Shown here: positions 20,296 to 33,762 of the stretch, in pieces
Layout: each line of letters begins with the position of its first letter
Position numbering within the stretch: the stretch's first letter is position 1
Assembly (NCBI RefSeq): GCF_001194135.2
Contig: NC_068984.1
Coordinates: forward strand, 53,240,355-53,275,052
DNA from: Octopus bimaculoides
Taxonomy: Eukaryota
Direction: 5' to 3'
DNA length: 34,698 nucleotides
Made by a program: the position numbers and the translations under genes
The notes under the pieces: generated by a model
Databases searched by the model: none
Told to the model about the DNA's origin: nothing
Seen by the model: only the letters and a program-made list of their open reading frames with translations

Positions 20296-20610
20296 ATATA
20301 AATACATACCCCTCAGTCCTTTAGGCAATGAATTAGTAGAACTATGACAGCATAAGACAAAATATTTGATGTATGTACTAACAAGTGTTTAAGTTCTAAA
20401 TTCAGTTACTGCTGAGGCCAACTTCCAGGGCTGATAAAATAGATTACAGGTAAAGCACTAATGCATCCCAGATGTGAATAGGATTATAACAGAAGTCAAG
20501 AAAAAGAGGACAAAATATTTCTTACACTCTTTGGCCCTTTCCCATACATTTCTCATTTCCTTGGCTACTAAGGACCCTGTCTCAAATGTTCTCTTTTGTG
20601 ATCTTTGTAG

Positions 20611-20699
20611 CTTTGAGAAGAACAGGATTCAGAAAATGAATACTGGTACCAATAGAGTGCTTCTCCATCAGTGTACAGTGACATGTCAAGAGTATCTAG
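20611..20699 (+). CDS. Candidate host exon (FEKNRIQKMNTGTNRVLLHQCTVTCQEYL, or a UTR/start exon)
   Basis: Strong acceptor ctcttttgtgatctttgtag; donor AG|gtatac is weak; ends in phase 1. Confidence 0.3.
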
Positions 20700-22540
20700 G
20701 TATACTACTTATTTTAATAAAATTAAGTTATGACTTGAGAAAATCCAAATAATAGCCAGATGGCTTGAAAAGCAAGTTTTCATAATTTTGTTATACAGCC
20801 AAGTGCTGCTTGTGAGTAAATATGGCTTAATAAGTTGTTTCAGGTGCCTATGTAATTGCAAGCAGACAATAGATACTCTCTTGGCTCTTTCTCCCATGTG
20901 ATAACTATAAAGGGAGACAAACATGTATAGTAATACCCAGCTGGAGATAACTGGAACACTGTAAAATGAAGTGCTTTGCTCAAAGATGCTCTGCCCAATC
21001 CAGGAACTTATGATCATGAGTCAAATATCCTAGCCTCCAGGAAATGAGCTTTCACTTTGATACAAAGATGTATTGTTTAACAAAACAAGGTTGCAAAAAT
21101 TTGCAATATATTTTTTCTAATTTTTAACTTTAAAACACATTTGTTTAATTTTCCATTCAATGTGTGCTTGTGATTTCTAAAATTTTATCTTTAGTGTTCA
21201 ACAAAGTCAAAATGATTGAGAATCACTGCATTGTATTTTGCAGTATATGATAGAAGCTTTCTATAAACAAAGTCGATAAGCATCTACAAAGAAATGAAAT
21301 TTTGTAGTAAAAGCTCTTCTCGTATCCCTTGAGAAGAACATGAAAGTCATATATCATTTTCCTGCCCCCATAAATATGAAGAATTCCAATATTGTAAGAT
21401 GTTCAATATTCTAAATCAACCTTTTATTTCTTTTTTGTCACCAGAAAGGTTATTTAACCTTGAAACTATTGAAATTTATATAATTAATGATTTTAGGATT
21501 TATAAAGAGTCACTTGAAAAATAAAATGCAATAAAGCAAAGTGCAAAAATGATAAGATATCGTTTAAAAAAGTTTGTTATATCTAAATTCAACTCTTTGT
21601 TCATTGTTTCAATTTCTGCATGTAAAATTACAATGCCAATGTAATATCAATAATTGTCATTGCTATTTGTTGTCTTTTTTGTTCATTGCTAAGACATTAT
21701 TTGTTGTAAGATTAATTCTGCGTACCTTTTTATTGCCTATATGTGTAGGAAAAGAAGTGTGAAAATCAGCTTTCAATTTCATTTTTGCAGCTAAACTTGT
21801 TTTTCATATGCATTGCAACCACTTTTGTTCAATTCTTGCTTTGTACAACTACGTGCTTTATAATTCTAGATGAATTTTACTGCACATAATTGTAATTAAA
21901 TATTGTCTTGTCCTCTATAAAAATTCCATTGACATATAGGATGTTTCCAATGAATTGACCTCAGTACTTTACAAGCACCTAATTTGATTGAAGCTGGAAG
22001 GCTGAAAGACCAAGTTGTACTCAACAGGGACATTTAACTCAGAGTACAAAGGGCTGTAATTAGATACTACATTCTGCCAATTCATTTCCTATACTTGACT
22101 GACACTTTGTTTTACCAACCCCAGAAGTCCTTCAATGAGATTTTATTATCTTTTTCACAAAGTGTCAATCAACTATTTGTTTGTCATCTACAGCAGAGAG
22201 AAAAAATAGCTAAAACTTTCTGACAAAAAGAAAGGCAACTGGGCATGATGTAAATAATTTGTACCAAACAATGATGTTTATTTCTCCTTCATAATGATTG
22301 TTTTAGAAGCTATTTCAATACTGAAAGGCTAAAGATTTATTAAAGACATAAATTAATTGTGCAATTCCCAACTGCTAATCCACTTACAAGGATTTGGTCA
22401 GTCTGGTGCTATAATAGAAGATATTTGCCCAAGGTGCCACTGCCACTAGTATTAGGTAATGTAGCAAAGGTGCAATTAACATGCAATAATTAGAATTTTA
22501 CTCTTTTGTCATTTTACAGTGCTTATACAAGGTTATGTGG

Positions 22541-22862
22541 AGGTTTGTGACTTAGTGGCTAGGGTTTTAAGCTCATAATTATGGTTTTGATTCCTGGACT
22601 GGGCAATGCATTATGTTCTTGAGCAAAACACTTCATTTCACATTGCTCAAGTCTACTCAGCTGGCAAAAAAATGTGTAGTACCTGTATTTCGAAGGGCCA
22701 GTCTTGTCACATTCTGTGTCATGCTGAATCTCCTTAAGAACTACATTAAGGGTACACATGTCTGTGGAGTGCTCAACTACTTGCATGTTAATTTCATGTG
22801 TCAGCTGTTCTGTTCATCGTTGGATCAGCTGGAACACTTGTTGTCATAACTGATAGAGTGCC
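22541..22862 (+). mobile_element. SINE family C copy (a partial second copy lies at ~32858-32965)
   Basis: Head GGAGGTTTGTGACTTAGTGGCTAGG, then TTCTTGAGCAAAACACTTCATTTCAC, then GTACCTGTATTTC.AAGGG..AG.CTTGTCACATTC.GTGTCATGCTGAATCTCC, which is also present at 32.9 kb. Confidence 0.75.
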
Positions 22863-23004
22863 AGATTCTATACAAGATTATGAAGTGAATACTACTTTTG
22901 AAAATAAAAATATTTAATAAATTAAGATGAAACTAATAAAATATAAGATAAAACATTTATGTATTTGTTTTGAAAGATTCCTGATGTGAAATTGTGTGTT
23001 GAAA

Positions 23005-23312
23005 TGTTATTATATTTGGGGATGGTCATTTTTTTGCCACTTAACCGCACACAATGTATACAAGTCCTTCACTTCAGCTTTATTACTATTCATAATTTAG
23101 TGTCTTTTGTCTGAACTCTTTCGTCACACATCCTGTTATCTCTTCAACACCTCTCCATCTCACTAGTCTCCTCTTGTTCTGTTTAGTCCATTCTCAAAAG
23201 ATTTCAGACAAAGGACACTAAAATATGAATAATAATAAAGCTGAAGTGAAGAACAAAGTATATAGTGCATGTGGTTAACTAGCAAAAAATATGACCATCA
23301 CCAAATATAACA
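23005..23312. repeat. Inverted repeat, ~115-bp arms, 75-bp spacer
   Basis: The inner 55 bp (23067-23121 versus 23197-23251) differ at about 4 positions. Weaker similarity continues outward to TATATTTGG.GATGGTCAT / ATGACCATC.CCAAATATA. Confidence 0.85.
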
Positions 23313-23954
23313 TCATCATCATCATTGTTTAATGTCTGCCTTCCATGCTAGCATGGAACAATATCCGATAATATCTATCTATCAATTAATAACAGAAAGA
23401 ACATTAATTCTCTATAAGATAGTACCACCATTACTACATTCACTTGCACCCACTGGTTATCTCTATTCCTATTTCTATCTATCACTCAGTCTCTCCCCTA
23501 TATACTCTTGCAACATTTCCCCACTCTTCCTGATCTTTCTGTCTCCATACTCTCTTCTATATCACCTTCTTAGACATGTTACTTTAAGAGTATGCTCTGA
23601 CACCTTGTCACCATCATCTCTATCTCTCTTCTAGCACTATCTACCCCTTCCACCCATATATAATATAATGTAGACCTGAATCTCATCCACAACTATAAAC
23701 CTGTTCTTGTTCCTCTCATCATATTTTATCCTCTCACTTATTCAAGGTGGCTCTTTAATCTTGCAAGTTACAAGGCAACCTCACAAGTGCTGATCTGTCA
23801 AAAAAAAAAAAAAAAAAAAGGATCCAGTACCATGGTTGGTATTAGGATGGTTATTCAGATGTGGAAATCATATCAAGACTGAAAAACTGGAGCAAGATGT
23901 GGTCCTCCAGCCTATTGGATCCTATTGAAAAATGTCCAGCACAGGTCAGCATGG

Positions 23955-24130
23955 AAAGCAGACACAAAATAATAATGATGACAATGACGACAACATTGAT
24001 GATGATGATGACAGTGACAGTAGCAGTGATGACCACAGCAGTGGCAGTGGCATCAGCAGCAATACTGGCAGTGGCAGCAACGCTGGTGGTGACTGTGGTA
24101 GCAATAAAGACAATGATAATGATGAAACTG
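23955..24130. repeat. Degenerate compound trinucleotide microsatellite (GAT/GAC/GCA/GTG)n
   Basis: Read directly; it explains the overlapping low-complexity ORFs on both strands. Confidence 0.85.
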
Positions 24131-24424
24131 AGACAAGTTTTAGCATGTCCAAGCATTCACTAATGAATATTATTAGTAACATGTCATCCATCTTATGACA
24201 ATGCTTTAATGTTGACAATATTCTTTTGCCTCTGTGGGAGATATCAACTAATGTTACATAAGTACAATCATTATAATTTCTACTTCAATCAAATTTTATG
24301 GTGCTTCTTCAGTTTAATGAAGTGAGTCTTATTTTGTAAATATTAAGATTTATTAACTTAAACTAAAATTTATAAAAGCAAATTTCTCTTGAAGATGCAG
24401 GCAGAGCTCTAGGATTAAGAAGGT

Positions 24425-24560
24425 TGCTTTGCAATTATGTGGTCTCATGTTCAGTTCCACCACATGGCATCTTGAGCAAGTGTCTTCTACCATAGTTGAA
24501 GATCGACTTTGTAAGTGAATTTGGTAGACAGAAACTGTGTGAAAGCATGTTGTATGTGTG
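24425..24560 (+). mobile_element. SINE family A head; further partial copies at ~25530-25725, ~29375-29545 and ~32966-33125
   Basis: GTTCAGT.CCAC..CATGGCA.CTTGAGCAAGTGTCTTCTAC.ATAG...GCTTTGT.AGTG.ATTTGGTA.A..GAAACTG. Confidence 0.7.
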
Positions 24561-24739
24561 CAAGGGTGTGCCCTGGCACTTCACCACCATTTGTCTTTCT
24601 TTCACTCGACCTTTCCATTTATATTCTAATTCTGTACATTGAGGGTATGCCCTGGGTTTGCTACCATCTCTTGCGACCATTTCTAGCACTTTGCTACTAT
24701 CTTTCTCACACTATCCCTTGTATTCTTAGACTCTTGCTC

Positions 24740-25145
24740 TCTTCCATTCTGTCTCAATCTTGATTGCGCACTCTCTCTTTCTCTTGCTCTCTCCATCTGA
24801 TTGGGTAACCATGTATCTCCTTTACAACAAAACACCTGTTTCTATCCTTCTGTCACCTGCTAACCTCTCATCACCTAGCACAAGGCCACCTCCTCTATTG
24901 ACATCACCACCCCGCTCAAATGATCTTTGTCTTGCAAGTTACTTGGTGACCCTGTCAGCACTGGTGCCATGTAAAAAGCATCTTATCTGCACTGTAAAGT
25001 ATTTGGCATTTGGAAAGGCATCCAGCTGCAAAAACCATACCAAAATACAGTGAAGCCTGGTGTAGTCTTCTGCCTAGCCAACTCCTGTCAAACCATTCAA
25101 CCCTTGCCAGCATGGAAAACAAATGTTAAACGATGATGATGATGA
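24740..25145 (+). mobile_element. Family E retro-repeat ending in an (ATG)n tail; related tails at ~23312-23345 (-), ~23830-23960 and ~30345-30470
   Basis: GGCATCCAGCTG...CCAGCATGGAAAAC...GTTAAACGATGATGATGATG; colinear with 20.0-20.3 kb. Confidence 0.7.
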
Positions 25146-26246
25146 TATATATGAATATACATGCATACATACATACATACATATTTATATGTAGTTCAAA
25201 TTTACAGAAAGCAATAGATGAAGACAAGTGAGGGAACAACAAGCAGGTGTATTTGTTTGACACTCAGGAAGAATGGAAAAGTCATTGATGTTTCAAGTCT
25301 ATGTGCCTGGACAGAAAGAATTGAGAAAAAATGGAGTAAGAAAAAATGTGTAGGGATTAACGGATCAACCTAATGAATATGTATATGTTTGTGCGTCTTT
25401 GTGTTAGTGTTTGCTCTGCTCAATATCAACCATTTAATATGTTTTGGTTTGTTATCTTTTTGCTCCCAAATTAGTTTGCTTAATGAAGTCAAACTTTCCT
25501 TATTCCTATGTATGTATTTATGAGTTTGTTCCCAACCACCACTTGACAACTGGCCTTGGTTTGTTTACATCCCTGTAACTTAGCAATTTCCCAACAGAAA
25601 CTGGTAGAATAAGTACCAGACTTTAACAAGAATTAAGTACTTGAGGCAATTTGTTTGGCTAAACCCTTCAAGGTGGGACCCCAGCATGGCTGCAGTCCTA
25701 TGAATGAAACAAGTAAAAGATAAATTATTAATTATTGTCAAGAAAGGCAAGGGATATAACCCCAGAATTGAAATAAATTAAAAATAGAATGTAGTAGGAG
25801 TGAGCCTGAGCTTTGGCAATATGATGCCAACTCCAGATTTACACAATAGTTTGACTATAATGAAGTTCCAAATCAAGTCTTAAAGTTAAAGTGACACTAA
25901 GAGAAAATTATAACTTTATGTGGCCTGTAAAATAGTATCATTTAACACTTTTGTTGCTCAGGGCAGAAATATCAAATATCATGCAAAATGCCTAAGAAAC
26001 AACCAGGAATGAGTCTGAATAAACAGTTATAAATAAATGTTATTTTATCCATTTTATTACCCAGCTCTGTTGCCCACTAACAAGTATTTGTTTCAAACAT
26101 TTAAAGAACTAACTAAAGCAATAAGGTACAAGGAAGATAGAGAGAGAGAGAGAGACTACACTGACATTTTGAAGCATGGCTCATGTACATTGTTGCTAAT
26201 GTAGCTGTTTAAGAGTTAAATCTAGGAATTCTTTTTGTACATTTAG

Positions 26247-26309
26247 CTCCAATTTCTTATAATCTACCACCTAGCTTAGAATTCAGCTCCAGTTTCACTT
26301 CTGTTTATG
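26247..26309 (+). CDS. Probable internal host exon (xPISYNLPPSLEFSSSFTSVYx), product unknown
   Basis: Good acceptor ttctttttgtacatttag, canonical donor G|gtatgt, 63 nt symmetric phase 1-1, open frame, in non-repetitive DNA. Confidence 0.5.
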
Positions 26310-27505
26310 GTATGTTTTTTCCATTTATATAAGACATAATAAAAATACATGTAAGTACATTTGCAACAAACTTTAAACATACTCAGTTCCTGTTCAGACA
26401 GCATACTTCTAGTATTATATTTAATGTACTGATTTCACTTTTTCACATGCATTAGTTTAACTTTTTCAGACTAGCTAACATAGAAGAGTCTTTGTTTCTA
26501 AAGTGCAAGGAAAAGGAAAAATTTACCTATTCATTGTCTAATATCTATGCCGTGCTCCGTTATTTGAAATGGAAAATTAAGCCTATGTTTTATTAGGGAT
26601 TGAAATGTTTTATATAGAAAACAAAAAAATGATAAAAATGAGGTTACATTGTCTGATGTCAAGTCTAAGAAAAGAGCAATGCAAACAGCTTCAAATAATT
26701 TGTTTGCTATATATCTGCAAGAATTTCTTTGGCAATAAACACATAACTGGCCTTTCTTTGATCTAATTTTCTGGACGTGTAATTTATATTGTTAAAATTA
26801 TTTAAAAATTACCAAAAACTGTTTTGGAATTACCAAGTTCTCAATTACTATATATTATACATAGATTAAAATGTGTTTTGTATTGTGTATACTGTTTATT
26901 CAAAACTGTAAGTAATTCACAAAAGAAACGTGTGAAAACTGAATCTATAAAACAAATAAGATCCTATTTTGTTGTTATAATTTCATGTTCCATTAACAAA
27001 AGAATACAGTCACTTTAAAATCTATGTACACACATTTGGAAAATATTTATAAAACCATTTATATTTATTTTTGACAAGTAAATATTAAAAATATAGCTTT
27101 ATATTTAGCTCTTTTATTAGTTTCATCTTTTTGGTTTTAGCACGTTTTTAGGTCCTATTTTTGACTAATTCAGTTCCTTTGAACATCTTTATTTGACAAC
27201 ACTTTTCTGATGTCTGGCATTCTTTAGTTTCCTTTTCTTTCCTTTTTCTTTTTACTTGAGTAAATGTAAATAATCTCATTCCTCGTTGGTAGTGTCTCTT
27301 TGCTGACCCTTCAGACATCTTATCATACAGTATTTCATGTCACTAATTTTGCAGTTTACTTGTAGGTTGATTTTATAAATTCAGCCTTTTCTATCAGCTT
27401 ACTGTGTTTTCTCAAATTGGAATAAACGAATAATTAATAAATTAATGAATCTATATTAATTCTCTTCTTTAATTTTCAGTTTTGTATCGTGTAATATTTT
27501 TCTAG

Positions 27506-27530
27506 GTAGATTAGCTAGTTTTGATTCTAG
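27506..27530 (+). CDS. Candidate micro-exon (GRLASFDSR)
   Basis: tttttctag|GTAGA...TCTAG|gtataa; phase 1-2, compatible with both neighbouring candidates. Confidence 0.2.
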
Positions 27531-27682
27531 GTATAATGTCAACTATGATTACCCTCTGAGATTTTTGTTACTGTCATACCATGAGCCTATTTCCTCTAGT
27601 TTTTCAGTTTTCTTTTTTAATCTGTTTTAGAATTTTGTGCCAGTGTATGATGCATACTTCATCCACATGTCTTGAAGATATG

Positions 27683-28835
27683 GTTGATAGGGCAGTAAAG
27701 ACTAAGGGACAGTCTTGAAAAACCTTGAAGGAAGGTGATGGTAGGGAGTATTATCAAATGATTAGAAGAGCAGTTTAGCAACTGGAATCCTTGGCTAGGG
27801 GTGAGGCAGAAAGAAAGAAATTTGCACATGTCATTTAACTTGAAAATCAGAAGCATGATGTTTTTCAAGTTAAATGACATGCGCAAAACAATGTGTGAGA
27901 GAGAACTAGCACCTCATTGGTGAGAGGTATATTTGGCATGATGAAGGCATACTTGCTATCACTATAGAAGGTGAGAAAATGGTGTAGAAGTGCTATTATG
28001 AGAGGTTGCTGAATGTGGAGAATGCATGGGACAAAGGGACGCTATTTCATGCTAACTCTATAGAAGAAGGATCAACAATTGAAGTTGACAGTAGCATGGT
28101 AGATAAAGCAATAAAAGAAAGTTGTAGATCCATCAGGGATAGATGCAAAGATGCTCAAAATATCTGGTCTAGTAGGATACATGATTACCACCTAAATAGT
28201 TAATCAAGTTATACAGGAAGGTGTGATGCCCAACGACTGGTGTTAGCTGTTATAAGGCTGATATAAAGGCAAAGGAGGTGCCTTAGAGAGAAGCAGCTGT
28301 AGGGGAGTCAGATGGGAACAGGTTATGAAGGTCATGGGGAACCATAGCATAACTGATCTGAGAGACAGTTTGGTTGTGTTCCCAGAAGAGGTCCCACAGA
28401 TGCAATCTAGTAAGGCAACTGCAGGTGAAATACTTGACTTAGAGTAAACCATACTCCTGGCATTCATTGACTTGGAGAAGGCATTTGACATGGCACCATA
28501 TTCAGTCATTTGGTGGTCAGTAAGGAAACTAAGTGTACACGAATGGTTTGTGAGGGCTGTAGAAGCTATATATGAAGATCCAGTAAATAAAGTGAGAGTC
28601 AACAACAATTTATGTGATGAATTTTATGTCAAGGTTCAGTTCTAAGTTCTCTCCTATTCAACATTGTTCTACAAGCCATGACAGAGGAGTTCAAAATTGG
28701 CTCTCTGTGAGAACTCTTGTATGCTGATGATCTCAATCTCATGGCTAAATCTATAAGGGAATTTAGAGAAGGAATTTCAGACATGGCAGCTACATCTAGA
28801 ATCAAGAGGCCTCAAGGTAGGCAACGACAAAGGTT
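27683..28835 (+). mobile_element. Decayed RTE-clade LINE (EN-RT linker plus reverse transcriptase)
   Basis: Translation includes LARGEAERKKFAHV, AFIDLEKAFD.APYSVIWWSVRKLSVHEWFVRAVEAIYED, LLFNIVLQAM and ELLYADDL. Many stops and deletions. Confidence 0.92.
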
Positions 28836-29544
28836 TTCCAGTTGTGACCATCCTGTTCTCGTTTTTGTTACACAATGTATTTTGGATAACATTATCCAAT
28901 GTGTCATTTTTTAAAGACTATAGCATATAAAATGAAGGAGATTTGGGTGTTGTTTCTAACAGCCTAACTCTATATTGTCAATTGTGCTACATCTAGTTTT
29001 TCTCCCCTTCATCTTATATATATTTGTATTGATTTTTATGAAGGTTAACAAACTCTAACAAAGAAACATTGCTTAAAGCACTTTTTTCAATAACCAAACA
29101 TCAACTTGCATATGCAATATCAATAAAATTATTACTGGCATAGAAGCATATTACATTTACACAAATGGATAAACAAAATCTTTTAAGTCACAACAAATTA
29201 AATGATATTTGCTACTGGGTGATATTGATCGATCCTTTGTCTTCATTCACCAGTAAAAGCCATTAGATAATTTCTTTCTATGGGGGTAATTTTTTATGTC
29301 AACCAATCATTCATTGTTATTCAATCAATGAATTTAAGCAACTTATGAGACTCATGTAGATATACTAGTGTAGACACAGGTGTGGCAGATTGGTAAGAAT
29401 TTTGCTTCCTAACCATATGGTTTTGGATTCAGTCCCACAGCATGGCACCTCAAACAAGTGTTTTCTATTATAGCTCCAGACTAACCAAAGCCTTGTAAGT
29501 TGATTTGGTTGAAAGAAACTGAAAAGAAGCCTGGCATGTATATA

Positions 29545-29883
29545 AAAAGGAGTAAAGACTGCATTCGGTCGTGAATGACCATGGGATTACACCTAGAAAG
29601 CTACCCTCCAAGGCATAAGTCCTGGACAAAATTATTTATGGAAGACCAGTTGCTCATGCATACCAGCCTCCCCTATCCATGCCACTGATGTTATCCAAGA
29701 GAAAGGCAAGGGTTGATACAGCTTGGCACCAGTGACATTACAACTCATTTCTACAAGTGAGTGAACTGGAGCAATGTGAAATAAAGTGTCTTGCTCAAGA
29801 ACACAACACACAGCCTGGTCCAAGAATTGAACTCAATACCTCATGGCTGTGAGCCCAATGCTCTAACCATTGAACCATGAGCC
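29545..29883 (-). mobile_element. SINE family D copy
   Basis: Colinear with 17309-17606 (GAATGACCATGGGAT...CATACCAGCCTCCCCT...CACTGATGTTATCCAAG...GAGTGAACTGGAGCAA). Confidence 0.85.
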
Positions 29884-29973
29884 TTCACCAGCACACGCGC
29901 GCATGCAAGCATGCATGCATGCATGTGTGTGTACCTATCAGGGTCCCATATGTGAATTAAATAGATTTCTCAG

Positions 29974-30007
29974 GGGAAGAGAGGCTCTCATAATTTTTGA
30001 CAAAGTG
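29974..30007 (+). CDS. Candidate host exon (GREALIIFDKV)
   Basis: gatttctcag|G GGA...GTG|gtaggg; phase 2-0. Confidence 0.25.
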
Positions 30008-30196
30008 GTAGGGAAGACAGTTCTTAGAGAAAGATATTCTGATGTTAAACTTGAAGTCATCTTGAAATGCTTGTTACTGAGAATGTGACAAAAGTGTTGT
30101 ACAAGCTTTTGTCATTTAAATCCAGTGATGTACAGATGTCTCGCTATTCATTAATGTGAGATGGCTATCATCTGACAAGATGAGGCAATAATCATA

Positions 30197-30232
<36 letters not shown>

Positions 30233-31934
30233 TGTGTGTGTGTATTTGTGTCTCTTTGTGTTGACATTATGTGGTAGTTGTAAATTAGTTTCAATGTCAT
30301 AAAGTCAATGTCATTCATTTCCAATATTTTGCAGAGTAAGAACATGTCTGGCTATGGATATATAGTGCCTTGCAACAGGAAGGGCATTCAGCTGTAGGAA
30401 AATCTGCCTTAACAAATTCTGTCTGATCCATGCAAGCGTGGAAAAGTGGATGTTGAATGATGATGATGAATTTGGCACTGAAAGCAACCATTTCACTTAA
30501 ACTGTCAACTCTTACAAGAATCTTTGACAGTGACTAATTCTATTTCTCTTTTATGAATCTAAGGCATTGTATCAGTGTAAAATGATTTTGAAACATTCAC
30601 CATGCTTCTTTGCATGTGCAGTTCAAGCTAACAAGAAAGGCTCTACAGTGTTATTTGACATGTTAGAAATAGCAGCCACATTTCTTTCACATCATATTCT
30701 GTCTTTAAAAAAGAGGAAGGACACATTTAATAATGTTGTCCTTGATATACTATATCTGAAAATAAGATGTGATAGTCATGAGTGGAGTAATTTTGATCAT
30801 AAGTTTGCTCAATTCATTTATGTGGTTCAAAACAATAGCAAAGTGTTCAGTTCTGCAAAAGCAGTCTTGATTTGTATGGGATGGCTTCACCCTGTCAAAT
30901 AAAAATATACTTAGATAAAAAGGAATAAAAGGAGAAAAGATTGAAAGTCAGGTTGGTGGTTGACTCACTCCTTTTGGTTAATACTAAAATACAGTCTCAT
31001 GCTACTGAGCAGATAAACATTCACAACAATAGCATACTTATAAAAGGAAATCAAAAAACAAAAGAAAAAATTTAACCAAAACCCACTTCATGGGAATTGT
31101 ATCATATAGCTTGATTTAAATATAATTATGTATACAAGTAAGTCATAAATGTGTAAGTAAACATAAACCCACCCAGACAAATAGTGAAAGGAAAAGGTGG
31201 AGTGTGAGAGAATCCAACATAGGTGAGGAAGAAACAGGTTGTGATATTACTGAGTAAGAAAAGATAATAAAATAACAGGTGGTTCAATTTGAGTCATATT
31301 TAATGATGTCAGTGAAATTCATTACACTGCCTACTTAGAATATATTTCTGCTGTCTCATGCTGTCTCATGAAAATTGTAGCAATAAGTAATAAGTTAGTA
31401 AGGGTTTGATGAATAATTATTCAATAGGTTAATTAATAAAAATGATTATATTAATCATTTAGATACACCCAGTAATTTAGTTAATGAATGTTTAGTTATT
31501 TAAAAGGATAGTGTTTAGTTGGTTTGTAAGTTAGTGAGTATTTAGTAAAATGATAGTCGTGGAAAGAAATTTGAAAGTTTGTTGGAAAAATGTATAAAAA
31601 TAAACAGTATAAATAAATTATATTGCTGGGAAATAGGTGAATGATTCTATACTTTTGACAGAAAAAAGTGAGATGTGGTTTACATCCTACAGAAGAATGT
31701 TGACCACTGGGTGTTGGAAAAGAGTGAAAAGATGAATGAGTGAAGTTAATTTTGCAAGATGGAAGGTTGAAGGTGTGATATAGTGAATGGTGAAGAGAAG
31801 AAACCTATTGAAAGATGTGATAAGAAAAATATAGGTGAACACAGACAGAGAAAACTATATAAGGAAATAAATATTTGAAATATTTCTTTTTGGAAGAGTG
31901 GGTTTTGAAGCACATGTAAAGCTATAAATAATTG

Positions 31935-32336
31935 TATACTCTTTTACTCGTTTCAGTCAATTGACTGTGGTCATGCTGGAGCACGGCCTTTAGTCGAGGA
32001 AATTGACTCCAGGACTTATTCTTTGGAAGCCTAGTACTTATTCTATCGGTCTCTTTTGCCGAACCGCTAAGTTACGGGGACGTAAACACACCACCATCGA
32101 TTGTCAAACGATGTTGGGGGGACAAACACAGACACACAAACATATACACACACATACATATATATATATACATATATACGACGGGCTTCTTTCAGTTTCT
32201 GTCTACCAAATCCACTCACAAGGCTTTGGTTGGCCCGAGGTTATAGTAGAAGACACTTGCTCAAGGTGCCACGCAGTGGGACTGAACCCGGAACCATGTG
32301 GTTTGTAAGCAAGCTACTTATCACACAGCCACTCCT
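31935..32336 (-). mobile_element. Full-length, comparatively young SINE family A copy
   Basis: Reverse complement: AGGAGTGGCTGTGTGATAAG (A-box-like), GGTTCAGTCCC (B-box-like), GGCACCTTGAGCAAGTGTCTT (CORE-like), central microsatellite, tail GAGTAAAAGAGTATA. CpGs retained; possible 6-bp TSD TTGTAT. Confidence 0.9.
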
Positions 32337-33412
32337 TGTATGTAAATATTGAGTTGCAAAACCCTTCTGAAAAGTCATTCAAAATGGTTTTTCAACCCAA
32401 TACTTAAGCACTATTATTATAACTTTATGTATGCTTTGAGACTCACTATTCCAAAAAGGAATCATTTCACATTCTCTCAAAAGCATATAAAATTCTTATG
32501 ACATCAACAAAATAATGCTTATTTTATTTTGTTTGTGTTACAAAGATATGGTAAACATTGTAAAGTAGGATATAAACTCTCAGAAGATCAGTTTTGGTTC
32601 TAGGCTGTAGCATTTGCTTTCACTACTGCCTATTAATAATCTTGGGAAACACAAACAATCACACCTACCCTAAAAGCCATGGGGATTGACTACCCATGAT
32701 AGGTTTCTAATCTCAAATTTTCAAATATTTGATTCTTATTATATAAGGACATACAAAAAAAAAAAAAAAATGGGGCTTACAGAAAATACACATCATTAGA
32801 GGTACAAAATGTTTTTAGAAGAGAAATGAGAAAACATGTCCTTTATGTTCTACCCATTGCAGCAGTCCACTCAAAAATGAGTTGTACCTGTATTTCAAAG
32901 GGTTAGCCTTGTCACATTCAGTGTCATGCTGAATCTCCCTGAGAACTACAATAAGGGTATGCATTGTGGCTGTGTGATAAGAAGTTTACTTCCCAACTAC
33001 ATGGTTTTGGGTTCAGTCGCATCGCATGGCACCTTGGGCAAGTATCTTCTTCTATAGCCTCGGGCTGGCCAAAGCCTTGTGAGTGGATTTGGTACATGGA
33101 AACTGAAAGAAGCCCATCATATATATATATATATATATAAGTCAGTAAATGGTGGGGTTGTGTTAACCGCACGTGGAGAAATAATAGGAAAATAAAAAAT
33201 AATAATGATAATAATAATAAGGCAGAATGCTAAACTGAAAGCATATTTTAATATAGATGTGTATAAGGAGGATAAAAAAGGATTTCTAACTGGCTTTCAT
33301 TGCATGGCAAATTTTCAAGAAGAGGGAAAATGAAAATAATGTTTTTTACAAAAATATAAAAGATATATAAAAAAATAGATATACCAATACATTATATTGT
33401 CTTTGAGTTTTT

Positions 33413-33762
33413 NNNNNNNNNNNNNNNNNNNNNNNNNNNNNNNNNNNNNNNNNNNNNNNNNNNNNNNNNNNNNNNNNNNNNNNNNNNNNNNNNNNNNNNN
33501 NNNNNNNNNNNNNNNNNNNNNNNNNNNNNNNNNNNNNNNNNNNNNNNNNNNNNNNNNNNNNNNNNNNNNNNNNNNNNNNNNNNNNNNNNNNNNNNNNNNN
33601 NNNNNNNNNNNNNNNNNNNNNNNNNNNNNNNNNNNNNNNNNNNNNNNNNNNNNNNNNNNNNNNNNNNNNNNNNNNNNNNNNNNNNNNNNNNNNNNNNNNN
33701 NNNNNNNNNNNNNNNNNNNNNNNNNNNNNNNNNNNNNNNNNNNNNNNNNNNNNNNNNNNNNN
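33413..33762. other. Assembly gap (350 N)
   Basis: Run of N. Confidence 1.

Noticed and set aside
23851-24218. Four overlapping ORFs rich in D/S/M/V/A
   Set aside because: A degenerate trinucleotide repeat attached to a retro-repeat tail.
30567-30902. 111-aa plus-strand ORF (TTG start)
   Set aside because: No recognisable domain and no convincing donor site; the length is attainable by chance.
31100-31900. Purine-rich strand-biased tract as an old LINE
   Set aside because: No translatable motif recovered on either strand.
32250-32336. tRNA genes at A-box/B-box-like sequences
   Set aside because: They are tRNA-derived SINE heads, with no cloverleaf and continuing into the SINE body.
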